64,000 nt of DNA from Mobula hypostoma (Eukaryota). The DNA lies in NCBI RefSeq assembly GCF_963921235.1, contig NC_086097.1, positions 218,862,001-218,926,000 on the forward strand, written 5' to 3'. Each line of letters opens with the position of its first letter. The stretch's first letter is position 1. Shown one piece after another: positions 12,366 through 24,401 of the stretch. The position numbers and the translations under genes were made by a program. The notes below the pieces were generated by a model. It was not told the origin of the DNA and ran no database searches. It saw nothing but the letters and a program-made list of their open reading frames with translations.

Positions 12366-12637
12366 CACCTCTTCCTATAGATGCTGCTTGGCCTGCTGCG
12401 TTCACCAGCAACTTTGATGTATGCTGCCTATCTTTGTGTCATCTGCTAATTCGGCCAATGCCCATTCATTTCCTTCCTTCTGGTTATCAATGTACACCAT
12501 GAACAATTCCACTCCTAGCAGTGGTCTCTGTGATACTCACTGGTCATTGGTTGCCAGCCTGAAATGACCCCTTGTCTCTACATGTCAGAATTGAAGATGG
12601 TAATCTAGGTTCTCTAGAATTTGGTATAACTCTACCT

Positions 12638-13630
12638 TACATAAGAACATAAGAAATAGGAGCAGGAGTAGGCCATTTGGCTAGTTGAGCCTGCTCTGCC
12701 TTTCAATGGCTGATCTGACCATGGACTCATCTCCACCTACCTGCTATTCCCCTACTATGTAAAGATCTATCTAACATTGTCTTAAATATACTTACTGCGA
12801 TAGCCTCCGTTGCTTCATTTGGCAGAAAATTCCGCAGATTCACCACCCTTTGGGAAAAGCCATCCTAAATTTACTTCCCTGAATTTCGAGGCTATGTCCC
12901 CTAGTTCTAGTCTCACCCACCAGTGGAAACAACTTTCCTGCCTCTATCTTTTCTATCCCTTTCATAATTTTATGTTTCTGTAAGATCTCCTCTCATTATT
13001 CTGAATTCCAGCGAGTAAGTCCCAGGCAACTCAATCTCTCCTCATAGTCCAACCCCGTCAACTCTGGAATCAACCTGGTGAACCTCCCCTGCATCACCTC
13101 CAAAGCCAGTGTATCCTTCCTCAAGTAAGGAGGCCAGAATTGCACGCAGTACTCCAGGTGCAGCCTCACCAGTACCCTGTACAATTGCAGCATAACTTCT
13201 CCGCTCTTAAATTCAATCGCTTTGGCAATGAAGGCCAACATTCCATTTGCCGTCTCGATAGCCTGCTGCACCTGCAAACCAACCTTTTGTGATTCATGCA
13301 CAAGCACTCCTTCTGCACAGCTGCATGCTACAAGCTTTTACCATTTAAATAATAATCTGATCTTCCATTTTTCCCTCAAAGTGGATGACCTCACATTTAC
13401 TAACATTATATTCCATCTGCCAGACACTTGCCCACTCACTTAACCTATCTGTATCTCTCTGGAGACCCTCTGCACGATTTATTTTTCCACTCAATTTAGT
13501 GTCATCAGCTACTTAGATACATTACACTTGATCCCCTCTTCCAGATCGTTAATGTAAATCATGAACAGTTGTGGGCCCAGCACCAGCTCCTGTTGCACAC
13601 TGCTCACCACTGATTGCCAACCAGAGAAAT
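12638..13630 (-). mobile_element. CR1 LINE 3' fragment
   Basis: ORFs give QLYRVLVRLHLEYCVQFWPPYLRKD and LGPQLFMIYINDL. Tail is tcttatgttcttatg on the minus strand. Confidence 0.88.
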
Positions 13631-14084
13631 AACCACCTTTTTCCCTGTTATTTTGTGTATTGGCCCTCTTGGTATTAAAGCTAGCATTCTGCATGGGAGT
13701 GTGAATTATTGAGGTCCTGACCTTGTTTGAAGGACAACATCAGCCACATCCTCCCAACTAAAGAATCTGTCTATTCCCTCATTCTGTGCTCTGTTGCTCT
13801 AATTTGTCTTCGATTCCAAGAATCTCAATTCTAGTTAAAAGTATCTTGTGAGAGATGTTATCAAACCTTCTTGGATTATATAAATAACATCTATTAGTTA
13901 TTTCTCTATTTGGCCCATTAATCAGCTCTTCAAAGATTTCAATCAGTTTCATTAGGAATGACTGACTCTTTCCAATTCTAAGTTGACTCCCTCTAATCAT
14001 CTGGTCACTCCATCTTTAATTGCATATTCTTGCAATTTCCTGAAAATATTGCAAATTTGGACTGCTAGACTGCTGCCATCAATA

Positions 14085-15110
14085 TTTGTTTGTACTAATC
14101 AACAAGCTCAAAAACATGGGTTGCTGCACCTGCGTCCGCAACTGGATCTTTGACTTCCTTACTGCAAGACCACAGTCAAAGCAGATTGGAAAGAACATCT
14201 CCTTGCTGACAGTGAACACGGGTGCACCTCGAGGATGTTTGCTTAGCCCACTGTTTACAGCCATGACTGTGGCTAGCCACAGCTCAAATGGCAATGATGA
14301 ATTTGATGATTTCATAACTATTGTTGGCGGAATTTCACATGATGATGGAGGAAGTGTACAGGAGTGAGATAGATCAGCTGGTTGAGTGGGGTCACAATAA
14401 AAACCTTGCACTCTATGTCGGTAAGATCAGGGAAATGATTGTGGACTGTAGGAAGGGGAAGTCAAGGAAACACACACTTGTTTTTATTGAGGGATCAACA
14501 GTGGACCAGCTGAGCAGTTTCAAGCTCCTGAGTGTCAACACCACTGAAAATCTATCCTCTGTCCAACATACTGATGCAATTACAAAGCAGGCATGACAGT
14601 GGCTATGTTTCATAAGAAGTTTGAAGACACTTGATATGTCACCCTGAAAGACTCCTGCCAGTTCCTACAGATGTTCTGTGGAGAGCATTTTAGCTGGTTG
14701 CATCACTGCCTGGTATGGATGGGCTACCTCACAGGGTCAGAAAAAGCTGCAGAAAGTTACTAACTCGGCCAGCTACATCGTGGGTACTAGCCTCCTTAAC
14801 AATGAGGACATCTTCTAAAGGTGATGTCTCAATAAGGCAGTATCCATCAGTAAGGACCCCCATCACCCAGGACATGCCCTCTTCTCATTGCTACCATCAA
14901 AGAGGAGGTACAGGAGCCTGAAGACACACACTCAGCATTTTAGGAACAGCTTCTTCCCCCCCACCATCATGTACACTATCTCGTTATTTTTTGCTGTCTT
15001 TTTGCTCTACATATTTAGTTCTTTATTCTTGTGTATTGTACTGTTGCCACAAAAAATCGAATTTCACAACATGTTGCCAGTAATATTGAACCCGAATCTG
15101 ATTCTTGTCT
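14085..15110 (+). mobile_element. Rex1/Babar-type LINE 3' fragment (decayed RT)
   Basis: NWIFDFLTARPQ...VNTGAPRGCLLSPL; WGHNKNLALYVGKIREMIVDCRK; LPSKRRYRSLKT...FRNSFFP. Confidence 0.8.
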
Positions 15111-15401
15111 GAAAACTTCATTAAATCATTAACTTTAAATTTTGCTTAAACTTGTTTGTTACAGCTCAACTGAGTTCAATCTCACTGCTTTGATGTGGAC
15201 ATGTACTCCAGAGAAATGCATTCCAAACATTATACTCTTTTTGAAATGAAAGGCTCATTAGGACACCATCCTGTCCTCTGGTGGATCAGTCAGATTTGAA
15301 AGTCTTGTATCTCCTCTTATCTTCGATATTGAAAATTGAATATCTTGCTTTCTGACAGCCAGTTCATTCACTCTTAATTGTGCTTTTAGGAGGAAAATTC
15401 T

Positions 15402-15649
15402 AAAACACAAGAATATCTGCAGATGCTGGAAACCTAAGCAATACATGCAAAATTCTGGAGGAGCTTAGCAGGCCAGGCAGCATCCATTGTAAAAAGTAAA
15501 CAGTCAACCTTCAGGGCCGAGACCCTTCATCAGGACTTCAGGACATCTAGTCCCGATGAAGGGTCTCGGCCCGAAACACCGACTGTTTACTCTTTTCCAT
15601 AGATGCTGCCTGGCCTGCTGAATTCCTCCAGCATTTTGTGTGGTTTGCT
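15402..15649. mobile_element. Diverged palindromic hammerhead-bearing Penelope-derived insertion
   Basis: Minus arm 15402-~15537 and plus arm ~15548-15649. Both cores are mutated (e.g. CCGATGA...GAAACACC). No TSD found. Confidence 0.88.
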
Positions 15650-16419
15650 ATCATTCTGCTATAGCTACCTTTATTTATTGTTTCTATAAAACATAGGATA
15701 CTACATTACCACCACACACTGTGTGATGGTCTGTCATAGCTCTATCTTTGCTAATATGCTGGAAGTTCTTCCATAACGTTACCTGAGTTTATACTCTCGG
15801 CACTTGTGCTCAATGTCGTGATGAATGCTGTAAGAGAATTTAGCAGCAGGGTGATCCGAAAGCCAACACTAACTTTATTAAACAGACTTGCTATCTGATG
15901 TCAGTGCTTACATTGGAATTCGTCATTGGGTGCCATATCCAGCACTGATATTAGTTGGTAGCAGAATCTCCCAACCCACTGCTGTGCTGCCAGCTGGCCT
16001 GTACTGCACCGGTTGACTATGTGCCAGCACAAAACTTGGCAAACTGTCCAGTTCTCAAGCTTGGAAAACTCTGCACTGAGTCTGCAGTAGATTAAACCTG
16101 GCACATAAACAGCAGGCATTTCCAAGCAAATAGGAGAAATCAGTTGCTTTGAAGATGGCAAGTGGAGTACTTTGGTTTATTTAAAAAAGTTAGCTTAAAT
16201 ATTTTAATTGGTTTTAAGTTAATATATTTATGATTTATTTTAATATAAACAACAATTCTACCATTTTAAGTTTTATTTTTAAGTAACTGGTTTTAAATGA
16301 TAGTTACGGCAAAATGGTATTTAAACACCACACTGCCATAATTGACTGTCAATAATTAATAACTTGACAGTGGGTTATGTTAATATAGTATTTAAGTTAC
16401 TGGAATGTAAACGGAATTT

Positions 16420-16600
16420 TCAGTAAGTCGGGCAGCATCTGCAGAGAGAGAAGAATAGAGTTAATGTTGTGGTGAATGAACTTTCAGACGAAAGGTCATT
16501 GATCTGAAATGTTAAGAGAAATTCTCTCTTCACAGGAGCTAGTCTATCTGCCTCATGCTTCCAGCATGGTCTCCTTCTATTTTAGAGTTTTTGCAGCTGT
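16420..16600. mobile_element. Very old palindromic Penelope-tail insertion
   Basis: ggcagcatctgcagagagag arm, then cagacgaaaggtcattgatctgaaatgtt (decayed core) and a complementary tail. Confidence 0.5.
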
Positions 16601-16724
16601 AGGATTCAGCTTTTTGTTTAAATTACTGAACCAGCAGACGGAGTTCTGGACCATTAATCCAGTGGTCCGTATTGGAATCCTGCCATTGTAGCTTTGGAGG
16701 TGAAATAATTACATAAATCAGGAA

Positions 16725-16960
16725 CTATAAGACCAAAAGAAATAGGAGCAGAATTAAGCCATTTGGCCCATCGAGCCACGGCTGATTTATTATCCTCCTC
16801 AATCTCATTCTCCTGCCTTCTCCCTTTAATCTTTGACTCTCTGATTAATCAAGAACCTATCAACTTTTGTTTTAAATATACTCAATTACCTGGCCTTCAC
16901 AGCCATCCATGGCAATGAATTCCACAGATTCACCACCTTCTGGCTAAAGAAATTCCTAGA
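16725..16960 (-). mobile_element. CR1 3' end fragment
   Basis: ataagacc...ataggagcagaattaagccatttggcccatcgag...aattccacagattcaccaccttctgg, the same 3' end as the other CR1 copies. Confidence 0.8.
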
Positions 16961-17139
16961 TTTGGTGACTGTAACAATGAAACTAACCATAGAGTATCAC
17001 AGTGTCGTTGAGGGAATGGCATCATTACCCTGTCTAGCCTATATGTGACTTCAGATCTACCAGTGTGATTGACTCTTAACTGCTTCTGTGATTTTAAAAA
17101 CAACAAATGCCAGCATAAGTAGCAATGACCCCATGTCAT

Positions 17140-17377
17140 TTCTGTATATTAAATATTTCAGTAACATTTGAGTAATATTGTAGATATATTGTTTGATTAA
17201 GCATTGTTTGTTTACATAATTCAGTATGGGTTATGTGTAAAAGTATGTGAATGGCATACGTCATTATGCCACCACATCATATATGAGCACCTCACTAAAG
17301 TAAAATGAAGTAGACACATCTATCCCCGGCTCCTGTGTTTTTCTTTCATTTGGCTTTTGGAGAAAGGAAAGGTAACA
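17140..17377 (+). repeat. 5' LTR of Gypsy element 1
   Basis: Direct repeat of 21992-22228; ends ..TAACA before the PBS. Confidence 0.9.
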
Positions 17378-18362
17378 GTGGCGACGATGAAGTTTTAAAA
17401 CTAAATCAAGGCAATGACCTACCTATTGAAACGTAGGACATTTCTGTTTCTTCAGAAATGGAGAGAGATGGTTGAGTTAAAGAAAAGCGTAGCACGTTTC
17501 TTCAGAAGAAGAGAGAGACTGTCAAGTTTTTAAAAAGCCAGAAAATAGACAAAATTTATGGTTTCATAAACAGTGAATACTGGGTGATGATAATAATAAC
17601 ATTTTTAAAAAAGAGCAGAAATAGCTAGCTACATTGGAAAGAGATATGTGTTAACAGGTAACTGGATGATGTGGACTGAACACATTGAGCAGTATGTTGA
17701 AGCAAACGAAATAACCAATGCAAAGTGACTGCCAGTGTTACTGAGGGCGGTAGGTGGGAAAACATACAGTTTGCTTAGAAATTTACCATTTCCAATCAAG
17801 CCAGCTGAAATGAACTTTGCTGATATCGTAAATGTACTGCAGGAACATTTAGAACTGAAAACATTGTTGATTGCAGAATGCTTTAGGTTTCATAAGTGGA
17901 ATTAAAACAAAGGGGAATCCATTTCAGCATACATGGCTACATTGAAGAGATTATCTGAGCTTTGTCAGTTCGGTGATAGGTTTAATGATGTGCTGAGAGA
18001 TCGTTTAGTTTGTGGAATCTTACAAGAAAACATTCAAAACCAGCTCCTAACTAAAACAAAATTGCAATTTCTGAACAGAAATCTGCCTGGTTGAACAAAT
18101 TGTGTTACCATTGTGGCAGGGGCTCACAGACCAATGCAGGGTTAAAGGAGCAACTTGCAGAAAGTGCAACAAAGAAGGACACAAGGAGCATGTTGGGCAG
18201 ACAAAAATAAATGGACTGCACAGGAAAGAGAAAAAGATTAAAAAGTCAAGTTGCTGTTTCAAAAAGAGTGCTAATCTGAATAATCTGATAATGATGAGAG
18301 TGGTTCAGGACTAGGCAGCCTTGAGATTTACAATGTGTAAACTAACAATAGACAAGCAATAA

Positions 18363-19510
18363 TAAACATGAGAAATTCTGCAGATGCTTGAAATCCAAAG
18401 CAACACATACGAAATGCCGGAGGAACTCAGCAGGCCAGGCAGTATCTGTAGAAATGAATAAACTGTCGACATTTCAGGCTAAGACCCTTCCTCAGGACTG
18501 AAAAGGAAGGAGGAAGATGCCAAAACAAGAAGATGGGGGTGGGGGGGGGGGCGGAATTGAAGGAGGCTAGCCAGAAGGTGATAGGAGAAGACAAGTAGGT
18601 GGGAAAGGTGATGAGCTGGAGAAGAAGGAATCTGATAGGAGAGATAAGAGGACCAAAGGAGAAAGGGAAAGAGGAGGGGACCCAGGTGGAAGTGATAGTC
18701 AGATATGAAGAGGTAAAAGGCTGACTGGGGAATACAAGAAGAGGGGAAGGGAAGGGAACATTTATTTTACTGGAAGGAGAAATCGATGTTCATGTCATAA
18801 GTTTGGAGACTACAAAGACAGAATGTGAAGTGATGCTCCTTCACCCTGAAGGTGGCCTTGTCTTTGCACAAGAGGAGGCCATGGACCAACATGTCAGAAC
18901 AGGAATGGGTATTGGAATTAAAATGTTTGGCTACCAGGAAGTTCTGCTTTTGGTGGATAGAGCAGCGGTTCTTGATGAAGCAGTTCCTCAATTTATGATG
19001 GGTTTTGCCAATGTAGAGGTAGCCACATTGGGAGTACCAAACAAAATAGACGACCCCTGCAGATTAGCATGTGAAGTGTTGTTTGGGGGCTTGAGTGGAG
19101 ACAAGGGAAGAGGTGAATGGACAGGTGTAGCACTTGGGTCGCTTGCAGGAATAAGTGCAGGGAGGGAATTTAGTGGGGTGGAACAAATGGACAAGGGAAT
19201 TGTGGCGGGAGTGATCCCTGTGGAAAGTTGAGGGTGTTGGTAAAGATATGTTTAGTGGTAGGATCCCTTTGAAGATGGCGGAAGTTGAAGAGGATGATGT
19301 GTTGGATGTGGAGGCTCATGGGATAGTAGGTAAGGATAAGAGGACCTCTATCACTGTTAAGGTGGCAGGAAGATGGAGTGAGCGCAGATGTTTGGGAAAT
19401 TGAGGAGATACTGGTGAGGGCAGCATCAATAATGGAGGAAGGGAAACCCCATTCTTTGAAGAACGGAGACACCTCTGATGTCGTGGACAGGAAAATCGCA
19501 TCCTGAGAAC
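18363..19510 (-). mobile_element. Penelope-like 3' fragment nested in Gypsy element 1
   Basis: Homologous to 5740-6908: ILFNFRHLQRDPTTKHIF, VAKHFNSNTHS...DMNIDFS. Decayed hammerhead at ~18462-18500, long tail. Confidence 0.88.
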
Positions 19511-21991
19511 AAAAAATAGATCAATATCTTCTGCCCAGGACAGAGGATATCTTTGTAAATCTTTCTGGAGAGAAACACTTCAACAAAGTAGACTTAGCTG
19601 CGGCCTGCCTACAGATGGAGATGAAAGAACAATCCGGAGTGTTTCTCACTATAAACACTGACAAAGGTGTTTATTGCTATCATTGGCTTATTTTTGGAGT
19701 AGCATCTGCCCCTGCACTCTGGCAGAAAGCTATGGACCAGGTGCTGCATGGCTGCCCACGCACTCGGTATTATTTGGGTGACATCATTGTTACCTGTAAA
19801 AATGACAAGGAACATCTCCAAAATCATAAGACAGTGTTAAAAAGATTAGAAGATTATGGTCTCAGAGTATGATACAACGTGTGAATTCTTCAAACTAAGC
19901 GTCACTCACTGTGGTCACACCATTGATCAAAAAATTTACATAAGTGTGCTGAGAAAATTGAAGCAGTGATGGATGCCCCAAGACTCAAAAGACGTGTCAC
20001 AGTTGTGGTCCTTTTTAGTATTTGTCAATTACTATAACAGGTTTCAGCCAAACCTAGCCACTTGCTACATCCCTTGAACTCATTACTACAGATCAGGCAA
20101 TGATCTGAAATGGCAATAAATAAAACAGTGTAGCTGACTTTCCAAAAAACAAAGGAAATGGTGATGTCAGACACAGTATTCATGCATTATGATCCACATC
20201 ATCCCGTGAATCTTGCCTGTGACATCTCGCCTTATGGTATACTGTAGGTGCGGTCATATCACAAGTTATGGGTCATGGAAGTGAACGCCCCATAGCCTTT
20301 GCATCATGTTCCCTTGCCGCTGCAGAGCAAAATTGTGCACAGATTGACAGAAAGGCTTTGAGTCTGGTTTGAGATGTAAGACATATCAATCAATACCTGT
20401 CTGGGAGAGAGTTTACCCTCGGTACTGATCATCAACCCCTAGTGTCCATTTTAAATCCATAGAAGGGTGTTCCACTAACAGCAGCAGCACTAGTGCTGAG
20501 ATGGGCTCTGTTTCTTGGAGGACACAATTAAAACATCGAATTCAAGAGGACAACTAATCATGGAAATGCTGATGGATTGCCCTCTTTACCCTTGGAAAAG
20601 GAAATACCTGAAAAATTTACAAAAGAGGACACTCTTCTTGACATATTTTCCCTAATGCAAGTTGAAAGTCCCAATGTTACGATGGAGGTGATCCAAAGGG
20701 AAACCAGAGAAGACCCAGAATGTCTCAGATCTACATGGTAACTTAAAATGGCTGGAATATGCAGCAGGAATTTGAATTCCCCCATTTTTATCAGTGTTGG
20801 GATGAACTTGACCTTGATGGAGGTTGCCTTATGTGGGGATTGAGAGTTGTTGTACCATTAAAGCTGAGAGTTAAAGCATTGGAGAAGCTACATGCTAGTC
20901 ATCTGGGCATGGTCAAAATGAAAGTGTTGGCTTGAAGTCTGGTGGCCTGGGATAGATCAGCAGTTTGAGTAGATGCCAAGAGTATCACCTTCATGGGCAC
21001 AAATTTCTCGGTAGTAGTGGATGAAGCTACAAAGTAGCCAAAAGTGTTCTCAATAGCCTCCACTACAGCCTCACACACTGTTGAATTATTGAGAAGGCTG
21101 TTCTCATGGACTGGTGTTCCAGAACACTTAGTCAGCAACAATGAACCATAGTTTGTTGTGGAAGTGTTTAAGGCATTCCTGAAAGTCAATGGAATAAGAC
21201 ATAGTACATCTGCACCATACCACCCAGCCTCAAATGGCTTGACAGAAACATTTGTCCAGAGTCTAAAGAAGGCACTGCAAACAATGCCAGCAGAACACAT
21301 TAAACTGACACTGAATCAGAAGCTTGCCAATTTTCTGCTTGCATAATCGTAATGCAGCACACTCCACAACCACCAGCTCACCAGCTATTCTGTTCCTGTT
21401 TCATCCCTTGTGCTCGTGCTTGGATCTCCTCAAACCCAATTTCGGAAGAAATGTGCAGTGCAAACGGCTGAGACAGATTTAAGGCTTCTCAGGCAAAGAG
21501 GTTCAATGTTTCACTCTGCACAAGCAGTCCTGGTGAGGGTCTGCAGAGGTGATCAAAAGTGGTTTCTTGGAAAGATTAAGGATGTAACTGGACCACTATC
21601 CTACATAGTGGAGAATGCTTCTGAAGTCATCTGGGTGAGCTGAGGGCAGCAGAGCCAATTGTCAGAGAAGAAAGGTGTCCAGAGCTTTCTGAGGCACTTC
21701 CTGCAGTCCCAGAGTCAACTCCTTCAGCCACCACAGAGGAGGCACCAGAACTTGAGATTGTTTCACAGCCACAAATCTCTCCTGTCAAGCAAAATGAACC
21801 GCTTTGTCAGGAAAGAGTAAGAAATCCTCCACAGTGATTGAATATTTAGGCCTAAATGGAACAATTTAGAATTTGCTAGGCTGTAGATATCTATATAGTA
21901 GTTGCATTACATTGTGTACTGTGACTAGGGACATATTTAAGTTGAGGTACATTCTATATTTTGTTGGAATTTATATCTAAGCAGGGAAGAG

Positions 21992-22228
21992 TGTAGTGTG
22001 TTTAATGTTTTGGTAATATTTGAGTAATATTGTAAATATATTGCTGATGAAGTGTCCTTTGTTTACATAATTCATTATGGGTTACATGTAAAAGTATGTG
22101 AATGGTGTGCGTCATTATGCCATCATGTCATATATGAGCACCTCACTAAAATAAAATGAAATAGACGTGTTTATCCCCGGCTCCTGTGTTTTTCATTCGA
22201 TTAGTTTTTGGAGGTACAAAACATAACA
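21992..22228 (+). repeat. 3' LTR of Gypsy element 1
   Basis: TG...CA termini, preceded by aagcagggaagag. Confidence 0.9.
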
Positions 22229-22654
22229 GTCATGCACAAATTAATTTCAAACAGCTAGAGAGTCAGAAGGTGTGTTCTCACCATCTGTCAGTGTCACCAC
22301 TGTCCTATAAGTGCAGTTGGCTTTGGCACAGAGACACACATGTTGCTGTGTTCTGCCATGCCAATAGGTCGGGTGCAGGGTTCCCAGTGGAAGATTTTGT
22401 CTGAGCCATCATGGAAGATGGGCTATGACTCAAGGGAAGGTATCTTACCATCTCAGGATACTCTACCCCAATATATTTTCTTTTCAGAGGAGCTTTTGAA
22501 AAAGGCAGTTTGCTTGGTGGGTAGTATGTTATTATGTGTGCAAAGTAAAGAACTTGCGTACCTAGTGGTCAGTGTGAGGGGTTCACCTGGCACCAGATGC
22601 TACGATGGTGACCAGGTTTCATGTGCACAGGGTTGAGCAGCAGTTCAGTAATAA

Positions 22655-22998
22655 CTGTACTCACTGGAATTCAGAAGGATGAGGGGGGATCTCACTGAAA
22701 CTTTTCAAATGTTGAAAGGCCTAGACAGAGTAGATGTGGAAAGGGTGTTTCCCATGGTGGGAGAGTCTAGGTTGGTGAACTTGTGGAATTTGTTGCCATA
22801 TGCAGCTGTGGAGGCCAGGTCGTTGGGTGTATTTAAGGCAGAGATTGATAGGTTCTTGACTGGACATGGCATCAAAGATTACAGGGAGAAGGCCAGGAAC
22901 TGGCATTGAGGAGGAGAGAAAAAAAGAATCCGCCATGATTGAATGGAGGAGCAGACTTGATGGCCTGATTGTGCTCCTATGTCTTATGGTCTTATGGT
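22655..22998 (+). mobile_element. CR1 3' end nested in Gypsy element 2
   Basis: MRGDLTETFQMLKGLDRVD...; tail atgtcttatggtcttatgg. Confidence 0.88.
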
Positions 22999-24302
22999 AA
23001 TTGGTAAAGATGCTTTGGACATCTATAACAGTTTTCAAATTGAAAAGACAGCTTTTATGTTGGACACTCTGATGACAAGATTTGAGGAATATTTTGTCCC
23101 AAGTGAAAAGATCACGTTTGAGAGATTTTTTTTCCCCTGTGACCAGATACAAGGAGTTAGCTTTGACATACTGAGTAAGTCCTGTGAAAATGGAGATTTG
23201 AGAAACTCACTAGTTAGAGATAGAATAGTTTGTGGAATTCAAGATAATGGGCTCGGAGAAAGACTGCAGTGTGAAAAAATTTGATGCTGGAAATGGATGT
23301 GAATATATGTAGGGCAGCAGAGACCACATGGGTACAAGCTAAGGAGCTGCACAGGGCAGACATAACAGTGCATGCTGTGAAAACAGAGGAGCAGTGTGCA
23401 AGATGTTGGCCCAAGCAAAGCAAAGAGAAAGGGTCAAACAGCAAATGTAGAGATAGTCATATTCCAAAGATGTGTCCTGCTTATGGAAAGTCCTGCAATA
23501 ATTGTGGGAAGAAGAATCATTTTGCAAAGTGTTGCAAAGCTGGGGCTACCGAGAGAAAGGTGCACACAGTTGATGAGGAAATGGAGGAAGTGCTTGTGGA
23601 TTCTCTACAGGTCACTGGTGCTGGTAAAATAAGATGGGTCATTCCAGTGACTGTGAATGAGACATAATTCCATTCAAGCTTGACACCAAAGCCCAGATGA
23701 ATTTGTTACCCATGGGCGATTAAAAGATTCTCACAGTAAAGAGCAAGATTTACCAAGTGAAGTTAAACTTGACAAGCTACACTATTTCTACTTAAAGACG
23801 GACAAGGATAAGCAAGCGTGGAATGGATGAATGTCATACAGAAAACTGAAGAACCACCAGATTGGGTGAACTCACTGGTTATTGTGCAAAAAAAAAATGG
23901 AGCATTATGGACATGTCTAGACCCAAGAGATCTCAATATTGTCACCAAGAGAGAACATTACAAACTGTCAACACGGGAGCAGACCATGTCCTGGTTTGCA
24001 GCTGCCAAGTGGTTAAGCAAGCTCAACATGTCATCTGGGTTTTGGCAGATGAAGCTTGATGAAGCAAGTTCAAGTCTCTAATTTTAACACACCACAGGGA
24101 AGATATCACTTTCTCTGGCTACCGTATGGGATTCTGTCTGCACCAGAGGTCTTCCATTAAACCATCCACATGACCTTTGAGGTCATACCTGGTGTTGAGA
24201 CCAGGGATGAACATAATGTGTGACTGAGACAAGTTCTTGATGTGACATGGAATGTCATTTTGAAATTAAGTAAAGAGAAATGTGAATTTGGTGTTAAGAC
24301 AA

Positions 24303-24401
24303 AATCCTGACGAAGGATCTTGGCCTGAAACGTCGGCTGTACCTCTTCCTAGAGATGCTGCCTGGCCTGCTGCGTTCACCAGCAACTTTGATGTGTGTTG
24401 C
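24303..24401 (+). mobile_element. 99-bp hammerhead-plus-tail insertion with 15-bp TSD
   Basis: CTGACGA at 24307-24313, GAAACGTC at 24327-24334. TTGGTGTTAAGACAA (24288-24302) vs TTGGTATTAAGACAA (24402-24416). Interrupts the Gypsy RT. Confidence 0.9.

Larger units (their letters stand above)
12181..12423. mobile_element. 243-bp palindromic hammerhead-bearing Penelope-derived insertion with 13-bp TSD
   Basis: Perfect inverted arms 12221-12320 and 12324-12423 with a 3-nt spacer, plus a 40-bp unpaired extension 12181-12220. CTGCCTATCTTTG at 12168-12180 and 12424-12436. Confidence 0.95.
17140..22228 (+). mobile_element. Decayed Gypsy LTR retrotransposon with both LTRs and 5-bp TSD
   Basis: LTRs 17140-17377 and 21992-22228. 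GTCAT TSD at 17135-17139 and 22229-22233. PBS-like TGGCGACGA at 17379; purine tract before 21992. Gag knuckle CRKCNKEGH, RT LIFGVASAPALWQKAMDQVL..YYLGDIIV, integrase SAPYHPASNGLTETFVQSLK. Confidence 0.93.

Noticed and set aside
12221..12423. MITE or pre-miRNA interpretation of the hairpin
   Set aside because: Termini are asymmetric, the TSD is 13 bp, and the arms are the 3' end of a GIY-YIG retroelement. This does not fit TIR transposons or imperfect miRNA stems.
12172..12502. Two overlapping opposite-strand ORFs encoding nearly the same peptide (MLVNAAGQAASIGRG...)
   Set aside because: Trivial consequence of the DNA palindrome; the signal is RNA structure, not protein.
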